From an uncultured Bacillota bacterium (lineage in GTDB: Bacteria; Bacillota; Sulfobacillia; JAMDAP01), in assembly GCA_937868875.1 (NCBI GenBank), contig CALMNP010000028.1, forward strand, positions 1 to 52,230: a stretch of DNA of 52,230 bases, read 5' to 3'. A program made the translations under genes and the position numbers. Below, piece by piece: positions 9,116-18,706 of the stretch. Under the pieces are notes generated by a model, which was not told where the DNA came from, did no database searches, and saw only the letters and a program-made list of their open reading frames with translations. Within the stretch, counting starts at the first letter, position 1. The number at the start of each line of letters is the position of its first letter.

Positions 9116-9958
9116 TCAGTCTCCGGCCACCAGGACCTGGATCTGCCACTTGCCGTCGTCCGTCTTGCCGATGCCCAGGCGGGCCTCCAGCGGGTGGCGT
9201 ACGAACTTATCCAGGATGTAGCCCTTGCGCCCGTCGGCCAGGACCACCGGCACCCAGCCATAACGTTTGCCGTCCACCTCTACCTCCGGCCCCACCGGTT
9301 GCGAGCCGCCCTGCACCTTCACCACAGTGTAACTCAGCCGCGTCAGAACGGCGCCTTGGGGGTCAGGAGACTTACGGACAGCGACTCCGTCCCCGATGAC
9401 GGCAAGGTACTCGAACTGATCGTACCCCTCTGGGAAATGAACGAAGAAGTTCGGCGCGAAATAGAGCCGATCATTTATGAAGGCTCCGCCCAGAGACAGG
9501 ATCTCGTCCAGAACGGGCCACAGGGGCGAGTTTGCCGGGTTGGTGTCCAACTGCGCCTGCTTGATGAATCCCTGCTTGCCGTTATCGATGCCGAAGGTGT
9601 ACTTGATGTTGTCCGACATCATGGCCAGCAGGCGATCCTTGTCCCTGGCCGCCACGGCCTCGCGAAGGGACTTCATAAAGACCGCCAGTTCCGGGTCTCG
9701 CGACGATTCGTCCTCGAGCCTGATCCGGGGGCCGGCGGAAGCTGGCGGCGCGGACGGCTGAGGAGCGGGCTGCGGAATGGGCGGATTCTGGCCGGCGCCC
9801 GGGGACGCCGGCGCCGGTTGTGATTCGCCCGAACCCGCCGCCGGATTCGCGGGGACCGGCTGCTGCCCCGCTTTCAATGAACAGGCCGCTCCCGTCAGGG
9901 CCAGCCCGAGGACAACCGTCAAGAGTACGGCTTTATGGCTCCGTTGCAGCTTAACCAC
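9116..9958 (-). CDS. Lipoprotein with Pro/Ala-rich linker and C-terminal SH3b-like domain, function unknown
   Basis: Lipobox LALTGAAC|S after a signal peptide. Low-complexity QPAPASPGAGQNPPIPQPAPQPSAPPASAGP. C-terminal VAVRKSPDPQGAVLTRLSYTVVKV...GWVPVVLADGRKGYILDKFV resembles SH3b. The annotated GTG lies inside its own SD (AGAGGTGG). CTG at 9949 is an alternative start. Confidence 0.7.
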   Translation of the reverse strand: MVKLQRSHKAVLLTVVLGLALTGAACSLKAGQQPVPANPAAGSGESQPAPASPGAGQNPPIPQPAPQPSAPPASAGPRIRLEDESSRDPELAVFMKSLREAVAARDKDRLLAMMSDNIKYTFGIDNGKQGFIKQAQLDTNPANSPLWPVLDEILSLGGAFINDRLYFAPNFFVHFPEGYDQFEYLAVIGDGVAVRKSPDPQGAVLTRLSYTVVKVQGGSQPVGPEVEVDGKRYGWVPVVLADGRKGYILDKFVRHPLEARLGIGKTDDGKWQIQVLVAGD

Positions 9959-10064
9959 CTCTTTCTGCGCCTAAAGACGCAGTCGAGGCGTCAAGGTTTC
10001 GGCCGGCCGTGAAACGCCAAAGACCACCGGACGTTTCATCCGATGGCCTTTCATTTCAACCAGA

Positions 10065-10139
10065 TGGAGCCGGCGGTGGGAATTGAACCCACGACCTGCT
10101 CATTACGAGTGAGCTGCTCTACCTCTGAGCTACGCCGGC
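10065..10139 (-). tRNA. tRNA-Thr (anticodon CGU), CCA encoded
   Basis: The minus strand reads GCCGGCGTAGCTCAGAGGTAGAGCAGCTCACTCGTAATGAGCAGGTCGTGGGTTCAATTCCCACCGCCGGCTCCA. It folds as a cloverleaf with 7/4/5/5-bp stems, anticodon loop CTCGTAA and a TTCAATT T-loop. Confidence 0.95.
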
Positions 10140-10256
10140 GCAAATGCATCACTTATGGTAGCATACAAAGTCCCGCCGTTCAAGGGAAATGGCTGGGACA
10201 AACGGAGGGGGGCCGCTGGCCCCCCTCTGCCTCTTACGCCTGTTTTCGGGTGATGG

Positions 10257-10559
10257 CTACTGAGGGTCACGCGGCGGCATCGGGGGCGGCCCCCACATCA
10301 TTGCGTCAGGCATTGCCTGAGGCGCCGCTACGGGGCACGGAATGTACAGAATTTGGCCCACGTTGATCAGGTCCGGGTTCGGAAGACAGTTGGCGCCGGT
10401 AATGGCGGCGATGGAGGTCCTGAACTTCTGGGCGATGATGAACACGGTGTCGCCGGGCTGAACCACATAAGGAACGACACCCATCGGCCCAATGGGCCCC
10501 ATCGGTCTGCGAGCCTGGAAGGGTGCGGTCGGGCGCTGCGGAACCATTGGCCACGTCAT
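10257..10559 (-). CDS. Small LysM-domain protein with Pro/Met-rich flanks (spore-coat-like)
   Basis: LysM: YVVQPGDTVFIIAQKFRTSIAAITGANCLPNPDLINVGQILYIP. I chose ATG at 10559 (SD GGGAGGTG 10 nt upstream) rather than the track GTG at 10586. Confidence 0.7.
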   Translation of the reverse strand: MTWPMVPQRPTAPFQARRPMGPIGPMGVVPYVVQPGDTVFIIAQKFRTSIAAITGANCLPNPDLINVGQILYIPCPVAAPQAMPDAMMWGPPPMPPRDPQ

Positions 10560-10647
10560 GGCGGACTGGCACCTCCCTTCTGTCACTGCTGAAGATTATG
10601 CAAAGTGGCAGGGTTCGGTGCTTATGACAAGCGTGGCGGAACCTGGC

Positions 10648-10677
10648 AAACAATAACGCCACCCGCTGGGGTGGCGC
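10648..10677 (-). terminator. Terminator after tRNA-Gly
   Basis: On the minus strand, CGCCACCC-cagc-GGGUGGCG followed by UUAUUGUUUG. Confidence 0.6.
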
Positions 10678-10689
10678 TGTCGTGTTGGT

Positions 10690-10763
10690 TGGAGCGGGTG
10701 AAGGGAATCGAACCCTCGCCTAAAGCTTGGGAAGCTTTCGTTCTACCATTGAACTACACCCGC
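10690..10763 (-). tRNA. tRNA-Gly (anticodon CCC), CCA encoded
   Basis: The minus strand reads GCGGGTGTAGTTCAATGGTAGAACGAAAGCTTCCCAAGCTTTAGGCGAGGGTTCGATTCCCTTCACCCGCTCCA. Anticodon loop TTCCCAA, T-loop TTCGATT. Confidence 0.95.
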
Positions 10764-10778
10764 GCTGAATGCATGGCT

Positions 10779-10807
10779 ATTATAAGCGAAACCACAGTGT
10801 TTTGCAA
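10779..10807 (-). promoter_or_regulatory. Sigma-A-type promoter TTGCAA-17-TATAAT for tRNA-Gly
   Basis: On the minus strand, TTGCAA (10807..10802), a 17-nt spacer, then TATAAT (10784..10779), about 15 nt before the mature tRNA 5' end. Confidence 0.6.
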
Positions 10808-10897
10808 GCAAAGCCGGCTGCCACGTGACAGCTCCCTGGCCGCCGTCTTTCGTGCGGCGAACAGTGCGTGAAAGCGCCCTGGCGAAGGTGGACCTCG

Positions 10898-12184
10898 TCA
10901 ACGGAACAGGGGCGTCAACTCCACGGTCTGCGTCCGGTTCCGGCCGATAGAGACCAGGGCCAGGTCCACACCGGTGAGTTCGCGGACGCGCTGCAGGTAA
11001 GCCTTGGCCGTGGTCGGCAGGTCATCGTAGCGGGTCAGGCGCGACAGGTCCTCTTGCCAACCGGGCATCTCCTCGTAGACCGGCTCACACTGAGCCAGAG
11101 TCTTGATGCTCTGCGGGAAGTCCCGCGTGACGCGGTCGCCCAGGCGGTAACCGGTGCAGATCTTGACCGTCTCCAGCCCGCCCAGCGTGTCCAGGCGCGT
11201 GACGGCCAGGCCGGTCAGGCCGCTCAGGCGGGCGGCGTAGCGCACAATCACTGTGTCCAGCCAGCCCACGCGGCGGGGACGCCCCGTGGTGGTGCCGTAC
11301 TCATGCCCGCGCTCGCGGATCCAGTCGCCCGTATCGTTGAGCTGTTCGGTGGGGAACGGACCGTCGCCCACCCGGGAGGTATAGGCCTTGACCACGCCGA
11401 TGACCGTGCCGATGCGAGCCGGCCCCACCCCGGCACCGACGCAGGCGCCGCCGGCGATCGGGTGCGAGGATGTCACGTAGGGGTAGGTGCCGAAGTCGAT
11501 GTCCAGCAGGGTGCCCTGCGCGCCCTCGAACAGCACGTTCTTTCCCGCATCGATGGCGTCGTTGATGATGGCTACGGTGTCGGCAACAAACGGCCGGATG
11601 CGTTCGGCGTAGGCCAGGTAGGGCTCTGCGATCTCCTGGGCTGTGAAACCACCGACGCCGTAGACCTTCTCCAGGAGCGGGTTCTTCTCAGCCAGGTTGC
11701 GTTCCAGCAGTTCCAGGAAGCGCTCCCGGTCCAGCAGGTCGTCCACCCGGATGCCCACCCGGGCGAACTTGTCCATGTAGCAGGGGCCGATGCCCCGGCG
11801 GGTGGTCCCGATCCTGTTCTTGCCCTTGCGGTCCTCGTCCACCTCGTCGAGGCGGATGTGGTAGGGCATGATGACGTGCGCCGCCGGGCTGATGCGAAGC
11901 TGCGGCCTGGTCACGCCCTGTTCCGCCACATAGTCGAGCTCGTGGGCGAGCACCGCCGGGTCCAGCACAACACCATTGCCGATGACGCAGATCTTGCCGG
12001 GATAGAAGACACCGGACGGGATCAGGTGCAGCTTGTACTCCCGCTCGCCCACCACGACGGTGTGGCCGGCGTTGTTGCCGCCCTGGTAGCGAACCACCAG
12101 GTCGGCCCGCTCCGCTGCATAGTCGACGATCTTTCCCTTGCCCTCGTCGCCCCACTGGGCTCCCACCACTGCCACCGTTGCCAC
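10898..12184 (-). CDS. purA: Adenylosuccinate synthetase
   Basis: [17 protein letters not shown]-loop, [28 protein letters not shown]. The start is set at GTG 12184 (SD GGGAGGTG 6 nt upstream). The track extension to 12229 lacks an SD. Confidence 0.95.
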   Translation of the reverse strand: MATVAVVGAQWGDEGKGKIVDYAAERADLVVRYQGGNNAGHTVVVGEREYKLHLIPSGVFYPGKICVIGNGVVLDPAVLAHELDYVAEQGVTRPQLRISPAAHVIMPYHIRLDEVDEDRKGKNRIGTTRRGIGPCYMDKFARVGIRVDDLLDRERFLELLERNLAEKNPLLEKVYGVGGFTAQEIAEPYLAYAERIRPFVADTVAIINDAIDAGKNVLFEGAQGTLLDIDFGTYPYVTSSHPIAGGACVGAGVGPARIGTVIGVVKAYTSRVGDGPFPTEQLNDTGDWIRERGHEYGTTTGRPRRVGWLDTVIVRYAARLSGLTGLAVTRLDTLGGLETVKICTGYRLGDRVTRDFPQSIKTLAQCEPVYEEMPGWQEDLSRLTRYDDLPTTAKAYLQRVRELTGVDLALVSIGRNRTQTVELTPLFR

Positions 12185-12295
12185 TAAACGCACCTCCCGG
12201 GGGATGAAAAGGGGGTGAGTTGCTGACAACCACCCCTCATACCGGTTTCTGCTATGACGGCTCGGCCGCGGATGAGCGGCCTTTGAACCGTGTCT

Positions 12296-12324
12296 ATCGT
12301 AGCAGAGGCGGGTCCCTGTGTCAA
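12296..12324 (-). promoter_or_regulatory. Sigma-A-type promoter TTGACA-17-TACGAT for purA
   Basis: On the minus strand, TTGACA (12324..12319), a 17-nt spacer, then TACGAT (12301..12296). Confidence 0.5.
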
Positions 12325-12339
12325 CGCAAAAGGCGAACG

Positions 12340-13680
12340 TTAACCGGCCAAATGGCGGTTATCGATCGACACAAACTTGCCGAACTCCTTCAGGAAGACC
12401 AGTTCGACGGCGCCGACCGGGCCGTTGCGCTGCTTGGCCAGGATGACCTCGGTGATATTAGGTTTCTCACTCTCCCGGTTATAATAGTCGTCCCGATAGA
12501 TGAAGGCCACCACATCGGCGTCCTGCTCGATGGAGCCGGATTCGCGCAGGTCGGAAAGCATGGGACGCTTGTCCGTGCGCGACTCGACGGAACGGGAGAG
12601 CTGAGACAGGGCCAGCACCGGCACGTGCAGCTCGCGGGCCAGGGCCTTGAGCGAGCGGGAGATCTCCGAGATCTCCTGCTGCCGGTTCTCCTTGTTGCCG
12701 GGAGCGGTCATGAGCTGCAGGTAGTCCACCATGATCAGGCCCAGGCCGTGCTCCGACTTCATGCGCCGCGCCCTCGCCCGCAACTCCATGATGGAGATGG
12801 CCGGGGTGTCGTCGATCAAGATGGGCGCCTCGCTCAGGCGCGCCAGGGCTGAGGTCAACCGCTGCCAGTGCTCCTCGGTCAGGTGGCCGGTGCGCAGCCG
12901 CTGGCTGTCAATGTTGCCTTCGGCGGCCAAAAGGCGCATGGCCAACTGCTCCTTGCTCATTTCCAGGGAGAAGATGGCGGCGGGAGTGGCCTTCTCCACC
13001 GCGGCGTAGCGCACGAAGTTCAGGCCCAGTTGGGTTTTGCCCATGGAGGGGCGGGCAGCCAGGATGAACAGGTCAGATGGCTGCAGGCCGCTGGTCAGGT
13101 CGTCCAGGTCCTTGTACCCGGTGGGAACGCCCGTCACCTCGCCCTTGTGGGCATAGAGGTACTCGATGTGATCCAGGGCCTTGTCCAGCACATCCCGCAG
13201 CATCTCGTAGCCGCGGGAGATACGGCGCTGGGAAATGTCGAAGATGGACTTCTCCGCCTCGTCCAGGATGGCATCGATCTCCTGGTCCGGTTGGTAGCCC
13301 TTGGACAGGATGTGGGACGAGGCGTTGATTAGGGCCCGCAGCGTGGCCTTCTCCTCCACAATGTGGGCGTAGTGTTCGATGTTGGCGGCCGTGGGGACGA
13401 TGTTGGCCAGCGTCGTCAGGTAGGCTGCGCCTCCCAGGTCATCTAGAACGCCGCGCCGCCGCAGGTCCTCCGCCAGGGTGACCAGATCCACCGCCTCACC
13501 GCGGTTGAAGAGTTCACAGATGGCGGTGAAAATGACCCGATGGGCGTCGCGGTAGAAGTCCTCCGGGCGCAGCAACTCCTGGGCGCGGATGATCGCGTCC
13601 TTGTCCAGGAGCATGGAGCCGAGAACGGACTGCTCCGCTTCCTGGCTCTGCGGCGGGACCTTATCCAGCATCAGGCCCAT
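12340..13680 (-). CDS. dnaB: Replicative DNA helicase (DnaB family; called dnaC in Bacillus nomenclature)
   Basis: N-terminal [18 protein letters not shown]. Walker [42 protein letters not shown]. No intein. Confidence 0.95.
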   Translation of the reverse strand: MGLMLDKVPPQSQEAEQSVLGSMLLDKDAIIRAQELLRPEDFYRDAHRVIFTAICELFNRGEAVDLVTLAEDLRRRGVLDDLGGAAYLTTLANIVPTAANIEHYAHIVEEKATLRALINASSHILSKGYQPDQEIDAILDEAEKSIFDISQRRISRGYEMLRDVLDKALDHIEYLYAHKGEVTGVPTGYKDLDDLTSGLQPSDLFILAARPSMGKTQLGLNFVRYAAVEKATPAAIFSLEMSKEQLAMRLLAAEGNIDSQRLRTGHLTEEHWQRLTSALARLSEAPILIDDTPAISIMELRARARRMKSEHGLGLIMVDYLQLMTAPGNKENRQQEISEISRSLKALARELHVPVLALSQLSRSVESRTDKRPMLSDLRESGSIEQDADVVAFIYRDDYYNRESEKPNITEVILAKQRNGPVGAVELVFLKEFGKFVSIDNRHLAG

Positions 13681-13704
13681 GGGCTTTCCTCCCCAAGTCC
13701 GGCC

Positions 13705-15852
13705 TTAATCGGCCGCTCCGGCCTGGGCTGGCCTTCCACCCTCGGCCGCGGCGGCCGCCTCTTCGCGCGCCTCGTCCACTTCCGCAGCCGCCTGGCCTGC
13801 CTCCAGTGCCTCTGAGGATTCCTCCGTCCCCGAGGAGGACTCCTCCGCCGCCTCCGGCGGGTGAACCGGCTTCCAGGCGCGGACGGCCTGAAGGCCGCCC
13901 TCCAGCAGCAGGTCCAGGGCTTCCTCGACGTTGTTGACGCCCACCAGGTCCACGCCGCCGACCTGGGAGGGAAGCTCCTTCAGGTTTTCGGCGGGCAGGA
14001 GCACGCGCTTCATGCCGGCCTGCTTGGCCCCGAAGATCTTCTCAAAGACACCGCCGACGGGCTTGACCCGGCCCTGAATGGAGACCTCGCCCGTAACCGC
14101 CACGTTCTGGCGTACTGGGAAGCCGGTGATGGCTGAAAGAATGGAGGTCAGAATGGCGACGCCGGCGGACGGGCCGTCGATGTTGCCGCCGCCCACCACG
14201 TTGACATGGACGTCGTAGTTGGCCAGGTCCTCACCGGTCAGCTTGCGCAGCACGGAGGCGGCGTTGAAGACTGAATCCTTGGCCATGCTGCCGGCGGTGT
14301 CGTTGAAGCGCAGGGAACCCTTGCCCTTTTCGGCGCAGGAGAAGGCAATGGCCTCGATCTCCAGAACCGAGCCCAGAAAGCCCGAGACGCCGAGGCCGAA
14401 GACCTGCCCGACCTCAAAGGCATCGGCGGCCTTGGTCAGGACTGCGGTGGTCAGGCGGCTGGCTTGAATGACCTCGCGGACATCGTCCAGGGTCACCATC
14501 ACGACCGGGAAGTCCGCAACGCCCTCCGCCCCTTCCTGCACGGGCAGGGCGGCAGCCTCCAGGCCGTCGCGCTGCAGCGAGTTGCCAAAGGCGTCAGCCA
14601 GTATGCCCACGGCCTTGCGGCCCTCGATGGTGTATTCGGCGATGACCTGCACAGCCTCTTCCTCGATGTGGGCGTGCAGCTTCTGCGCTGCCGCCCGCAC
14701 GATCTCGGCGATGTCGGCTGGGGTCAGCGGATCGAAGTACACCTCGGCGCAACGCGACCGCAGGGCCGGGTTGATGTCAGAGGGGTCCCGGGTGGTGGCG
14801 CCGATGAGTACGAAGTCGGCGGGAGCGCCTTCTTCGAAGAGCTTCTTGATGTACTTGGGGACCTGCGGGTCCAGCGGGTCGTAATAGGACGAGTCGAAGA
14901 TGACGCGCTTGTCCTCCAGGACCTTGAGGAGCTTATTCTGCAGCATGGGGTCCAGCTCGCCGATTTCGTCGATGAACAGGATGCCGCCGTGGGCGTCGGT
15001 AACCAGGCCCAGCTTGGGCTCGGGCACGCCCCCTTCGGCCAGGTCGCGGCGCGCCCCCTGATAGATGGGGTCGTGCACCGAGCCGAGCAGCGGGTTGGTC
15101 ACCTCGCGCGGGTCCCACCGCAGGGTGGTGCCGTCCACTTCCACGAACGGCGCATCCTTGGCGAATGGCGCATGGGGCGAGCCCTTGGCCTCCTGCAGGG
15201 CCAGCCGTGCCACCGTGGTCTTGCCGACGCCGGGTGGGCCGTACAGCAGGATGTGCTGGGGGAAGGGGGAGGCCAGCTTGGACAGCAGCGCCTTGACCGC
15301 CTTGTCCTGCCCCACCACCTCGCTCAGGGCGGCAGGGCGCAGCACGTCGATGGCGGAGCGGGCCAGCTTCTTCTGCTCCAGCTTCTCCAGCAGGGCGTAG
15401 CGCTTGAGGGTCTGGGCGTTTTCCGGCCCCGCGTCCTCGCGCACCACCTGCATCTTGATCTCGCGGACGTACTCCTCATGGCGCTTTTGCATGCGCTCCT
15501 GGATCTTCTTCTCGATCTTGTCCTCGACGGAGCGGCGGGCCATCAGGTCGGCGATCTCGTCCTCTACCTGCTCCAGGGCCTGCTGCAATTCGGTCAGGTT
15601 CTTCGGCCCCTCCAGGGTGGGGTCCTCCAGGACCAGGCGCTGCAGGGCCTGGGCCTGCAGCAACAGGTCGTCCGACCGCATGCCGGTCAGAGCCTCCAGC
15701 TTGCCGGCCTTCAGGACCAGCTTGTCCGCGCCGAAGAGGTTCGTAAGCAGCGAGAAGAGCGCCGTCACCTGTCGGCGCAGCTGCTCTTCGTCAGTCAGAC
15801 GGCGCGCCAGAGCGGCATCTGGGCGCACCCATTTCTCGATAAGTTCCTTCAT
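13705..15852 (-). CDS. lonC: Lon-family ATP-dependent protease of the spore-former LonC/LonB-like type
   Basis: AAA+ Walker A LLYGPPGVGKTT and Walker B ILFIDEIGEL. Lon protease domain DGPSAGVAILTSILSAITG (catalytic Ser) and GGVFEKIFGAKQAGMKRVLLP (Lys). Long coiled N-terminal region. The start is set at ATG 15852, which forms an ATGA overlap with the rplI stop. The track's 871-aa ORF runs out of frame across rplI. Confidence 0.85.
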   Translation of the reverse strand: MKELIEKWVRPDAALARRLTDEEQLRRQVTALFSLLTNLFGADKLVLKAGKLEALTGMRSDDLLLQAQALQRLVLEDPTLEGPKNLTELQQALEQVEDEIADLMARRSVEDKIEKKIQERMQKRHEEYVREIKMQVVREDAGPENAQTLKRYALLEKLEQKKLARSAIDVLRPAALSEVVGQDKAVKALLSKLASPFPQHILLYGPPGVGKTTVARLALQEAKGSPHAPFAKDAPFVEVDGTTLRWDPREVTNPLLGSVHDPIYQGARRDLAEGGVPEPKLGLVTDAHGGILFIDEIGELDPMLQNKLLKVLEDKRVIFDSSYYDPLDPQVPKYIKKLFEEGAPADFVLIGATTRDPSDINPALRSRCAEVYFDPLTPADIAEIVRAAAQKLHAHIEEEAVQVIAEYTIEGRKAVGILADAFGNSLQRDGLEAAALPVQEGAEGVADFPVVMVTLDDVREVIQASRLTTAVLTKAADAFEVGQVFGLGVSGFLGSVLEIEAIAFSCAEKGKGSLRFNDTAGSMAKDSVFNAASVLRKLTGEDLANYDVHVNVVGGGNIDGPSAGVAILTSILSAITGFPVRQNVAVTGEVSIQGRVKPVGGVFEKIFGAKQAGMKRVLLPAENLKELPSQVGGVDLVGVNNVEEALDLLLEGGLQAVRAWKPVHPPEAAEESSSGTEESSEALEAGQAAAEVDEAREEAAAAAEGGRPAQAGAAD

Positions 15853-16304
15853 GCCCGGCTGTCCTCCACCACTTCCACCGTCACCTGGGCCGTGACGTCG
15901 GGGTGGAGCTTGACGGCGACCTGATGCTCGCCCAAGGTCTTGACGGCGTCCTTCATCTCGATCTTGCGCTTGTCGACGGCCACACCCGCCGCCCGCTGCA
16001 GGGCCTCCGCCACATCCTTGGAGGTGACGGAACCGAAGAGGCGACCCGCGTCTCCTACCCGGGCAGGAATGACCACTTTGAGACCCGCGAGCCGCTTGCC
16101 CAGTTCCTGAGCCTCCTGGCGGAGGCGCTCGGCCTTCGCCCGCTCGCGTTCCTTCTCGTGGGCCAGATTCTTGACGGCCCCCTCCGAAGCAGCGGCGGCC
16201 AGGCCGCGCGGCACCAGGAAGTTGCGGCCGTACCCCTCGGCCACCTCCACCATGGCGCCCTTCTTGCCGAGACCCTTGACGTCTTGCAGCAAAATGACCT
16301 TCAT
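15849..16304 (-). CDS. rplI: 50S ribosomal protein L9
   Basis: MKVILLQDVKGLGKKGAMVEVAEGYGRNFLVPRGLA is the canonical L9 N-terminus. Confidence 0.95.
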   Translation of the reverse strand: MKVILLQDVKGLGKKGAMVEVAEGYGRNFLVPRGLAAAASEGAVKNLAHEKERERAKAERLRQEAQELGKRLAGLKVVIPARVGDAGRLFGSVTSKDVAEALQRAAGVAVDKRKIEMKDAVKTLGEHQVAVKLHPDVTAQVTVEVVEDSRA

Positions 16305-16347
16305 GCTGAATCCCCTTCACAACGGAGACTTCGATGAGAGCGGAGGA

Positions 16348-17286
16348 CTACTCGTCCGACGAGTCAATCCAGAGCCTGAGGTCGAGAAGCGAGTCGACCA
16401 TGCCGGCGATGGCAAGGACCTGTCCGAGCCGGGCGCTGACGAGCACCAGGAGAACAATGGCCACGGCCTTGCCCACTCCGTACCGTCGGAGAAGCCCGTA
16501 CGCCAGAGCCGCACCGGTGACGATGTAGAACGAGGACAGCGCGGTGATGAGGCCGAGCCCAAGGGTCTGCACGTAAGGCACGCCTACCAACTGCGTCCCG
16601 TAACCCAGGGCCAGGAGAAACATGGCCTCAGCCGGCATCTTCCAGGTGGAAAAGGCGGGGATGGGCGGAAGCTCCAGACGCAGACGCCCCAGCACCCATT
16701 TCGCCGCGGCGTACTGGAACAGGGCCGAAAATACTGCACCGGCGCCGATAAAAAGCCACCATGTCCGACGCAGGAGATCGAGCGATAGTTCCATCTGCGC
16801 TATGTACTGCTCAAACTGTGGAGTGGACGTCTGTGGGTACTTCCCAACCATCTGCTTCAGGGGATCGATTAAGGCGACACGCGTCAGGTTCAGGAGTTCT
16901 GCCATCTGGTTGAGGCCGAACAAATGGTAGAGCAACACGAAGATGACCAGGGAGGACAGTCCGGTCGCTACCGCGGTCAGCGCCAGGGTCCGCACCACCG
17001 GCCATTTCTGGCGGACGCCGAAGCCGATGGCCAGTCCGGACGACCCGAAGGCCACGGCCGTCATCAGGGCTGTTCCGGGGCCCAGCGTAACGGCCAGAAG
17101 CATCCAGACAACGATGACCGTGAGGAGACTGGAGCGAAAGCCGTATCGCGCCCCCATCAGGACGATGGGCACAGGCAGGAAGAACGGCAGAAACGGCAGG
17201 ACCTGTGCCAGAAGAGCCAGAAGGGCGGTGAGCGCCGCCAGGAGGGCTCCTTCTACCAGGGCCCTGGTGCTCATGCGGCTGGCCAC
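16348..17286 (-). CDS. yybS: YybS/DUF2232-family polytopic membrane protein
   Basis: About 8 TM helices. Its position next to rplI matches B. subtilis yybS. I chose GTG at 17286 (SD GGAGG 6 nt upstream). ATG at 17301 or 17274 are alternatives. Confidence 0.65.
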   Translation of the reverse strand: MASRMSTRALVEGALLAALTALLALLAQVLPFLPFFLPVPIVLMGARYGFRSSLLTVIVVWMLLAVTLGPGTALMTAVAFGSSGLAIGFGVRQKWPVVRTLALTAVATGLSSLVIFVLLYHLFGLNQMAELLNLTRVALIDPLKQMVGKYPQTSTPQFEQYIAQMELSLDLLRRTWWLFIGAGAVFSALFQYAAAKWVLGRLRLELPPIPAFSTWKMPAEAMFLLALGYGTQLVGVPYVQTLGLGLITALSSFYIVTGAALAYGLLRRYGVGKAVAIVLLVLVSARLGQVLAIAGMVDSLLDLRLWIDSSDE

Positions 17287-17511
17287 GTCGCGCCTCCACA
17301 TGCCCGTTGGGTCCCGGTGGACACGATAACCAGTTGCTGCCTAACCGGGAATGTCATGGAAAACCTCACTGCCGTATGGCTTGCTGCGTTCTCGGAAGCT
17401 TCGCTGGCGGAGGCGGCTTCTCCTGCGCCCCTCCCACCTCCCCGGAAACTCCCGGCCAGGGAACAGAGACCGGCTCCAGGGCCTCGGCGGCCGCTGGAAG
17501 CCGGTCCTGGG

Positions 17512-17542
17512 GTACACGAAAGGGGCACCTCGCGGTGCCCCC
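17512..17542 (-). terminator. Rho-independent terminator of the rpsF-ssb-rpsR operon
   Basis: On the minus strand, GGGGCACC-gcga-GGUGCCCC followed by UUUCGUGUA. Confidence 0.7.
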
Positions 17543-17547
17543 TCGGG

Positions 17548-17778
17548 TCAGTCGATCGTAAACGGCATCAGGGCGACAGTTCGAGCCCGCTTGATCGCGG
17601 TGGTGAGCTGGCGCTGGTGCCGGGCGCAATTCCCCGAGGTGCGCCGCGGTAGGATCTTGCCCCGCTCGCTGGTGAAACGCTTGAGCTTGCCGATCTCCTT
17701 GTAGTCGATGGACTCAACCTTGTCAACGCAGAAGCTGCAGACGCGCTTCTTTGGCCGGCGGCCACGTTCACGCCTCAA
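17548..17778 (-). CDS. rpsR: 30S ribosomal protein S18
   Basis: [63 protein letters not shown] start, SD GAGGTGA 6 nt upstream. Confidence 0.95.
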   Translation of the reverse strand: MRRERGRRPKKRVCSFCVDKVESIDYKEIGKLKRFTSERGKILPRRTSGNCARHQRQLTTAIKRARTVALMPFTID

Positions 17779-17864
17779 CGTTATTCACCTCTCTTGTATC
17801 GGAGCAAAAGGCCGCAGCCAGGCGGGCGGCGTGCGGTTTTACTCCGCGAACTTAGAAGACTTGT

Positions 17865-18257
17865 TTAAAATGGGACGTCGTCGTCGTCAAAACTGACTTC
17901 CGACCCAAGGTCGGGAGGATTCCCGACCGCCTGCGCCTTCTTGGAATCCAGGAACTGCACGGACGAGGCCACAACTTCAGCGGCCTTGCGCTTGGTGCCG
18001 TCCTGGGCTTCATAGGACCGAATCTGCAGCCGTCCCTCGACGGCCACGAGGCGGCCCTTGTTCAGGTGCTGGGAGACCGTTTCGGCCTGCTTATCCCAGA
18101 CCACGATGTCAATGAAGTCGGCTTCCTTCTGGCCCTGCGCGTTGGGACGGCCGCGGTCCACCGCCAGGGTGAAGTTCGCGACGGCCTTGCCGCTGGGCGT
18201 ATAACGCAGTTCGGGGTCGCGGGTCAACCGGCCGATGAGGATAATCCGGTTTAGCAT
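17865..18257 (-). CDS. ssb: Single-stranded DNA-binding protein
   Basis: MLNRIILIGRLTRDPELRYTPSGKAVANFTLAV OB fold. Acidic tail DDDDVPF. ATG at 18257 with SD GGGGTGG 5 nt upstream. Confidence 0.95.
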   Translation of the reverse strand: MLNRIILIGRLTRDPELRYTPSGKAVANFTLAVDRGRPNAQGQKEADFIDIVVWDKQAETVSQHLNKGRLVAVEGRLQIRSYEAQDGTKRKAAEVVASSVQFLDSKKAQAVGNPPDLGSEVSFDDDDVPF

Positions 18258-18275
18258 CCCAACCACCCCTGAGCG

Positions 18276-18563
18276 TTAGTCGTCAAGCTTAATAACCATG
18301 TGCTTGATCACGTCGTCGCTGATCTTCAGCACACGCTCAACTTCTTTAGAAGCCTGCGGCTCCGACTGAAAGTTGACAATGACGTAGTAGCCGTCATTGA
18401 AACCATTAACCTCATAAGCAAGACGGCGCTTGCCCCACCTGTCGACGTTGGCGACCGTACCACCCTGCTCGGTGATGAGATTGGTGTACTTGTCCACCAA
18501 GGCCGCAGTGGCTTCCTCTTCGAGGTCCGGCTTGATGATGAACATCAGCTCGTAGTTGCGCAC
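18276..18563 (-). CDS. rpsF: 30S ribosomal protein S6
   Basis: VRNYELMFIIKPDLEEE...RLAYEVNGFNDGYYV. GTG at 18563 with SD GGGAGGAGG 8 nt upstream. The track extension to 18656 is rejected. Confidence 0.95.
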   Translation of the reverse strand: MRNYELMFIIKPDLEEEATAALVDKYTNLITEQGGTVANVDRWGKRRLAYEVNGFNDGYYVIVNFQSEPQASKEVERVLKISDDVIKHMVIKLDD

Positions 18564-18677
18564 CTTTGGTGCCTCCTCCCTTTGGACGTTGGCTGGACGC
18601 CGACCGGCGCCCGCATGGCCCCGCGTGGACGCGGGACAGGGGGAAGTCCTGCCCAAAGCAGGACAGAGAACGGAGTA

Positions 18678-18706
18678 ATTATAGCATCACAATTCCGGAG
18701 GGGCAA
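18678..18706 (-). promoter_or_regulatory. Candidate promoter TTGCCC-17-TATAAT for rpsF-ssb-rpsR, giving a leader of about 110 nt
   Basis: On the minus strand, TATAAT (18683..18678) lies 17 nt downstream of TTGCCC (18706..18701), inside the 3' end of the DUF951 gene. Confidence 0.45.

Noticed and set aside
10815-10830. GCTGCCACGTGACAGC near-palindrome as an additional parS. Other CACGTG cores were also checked (for example 21243, 36181, 44007).
   Set aside because: Only the CACGTG core matches. The flanking GTT(N)/(N)AAC arms that define parS are missing.
15853-16320. N-terminal 156 residues of the 871-aa track ORF 13705..16320
   Set aside because: This part reads an alternative frame across rplI (Gly/Arg-rich nonsense). 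The Lon-family protein starts at ATG 15852, which overlaps the rplI stop (ATGA).
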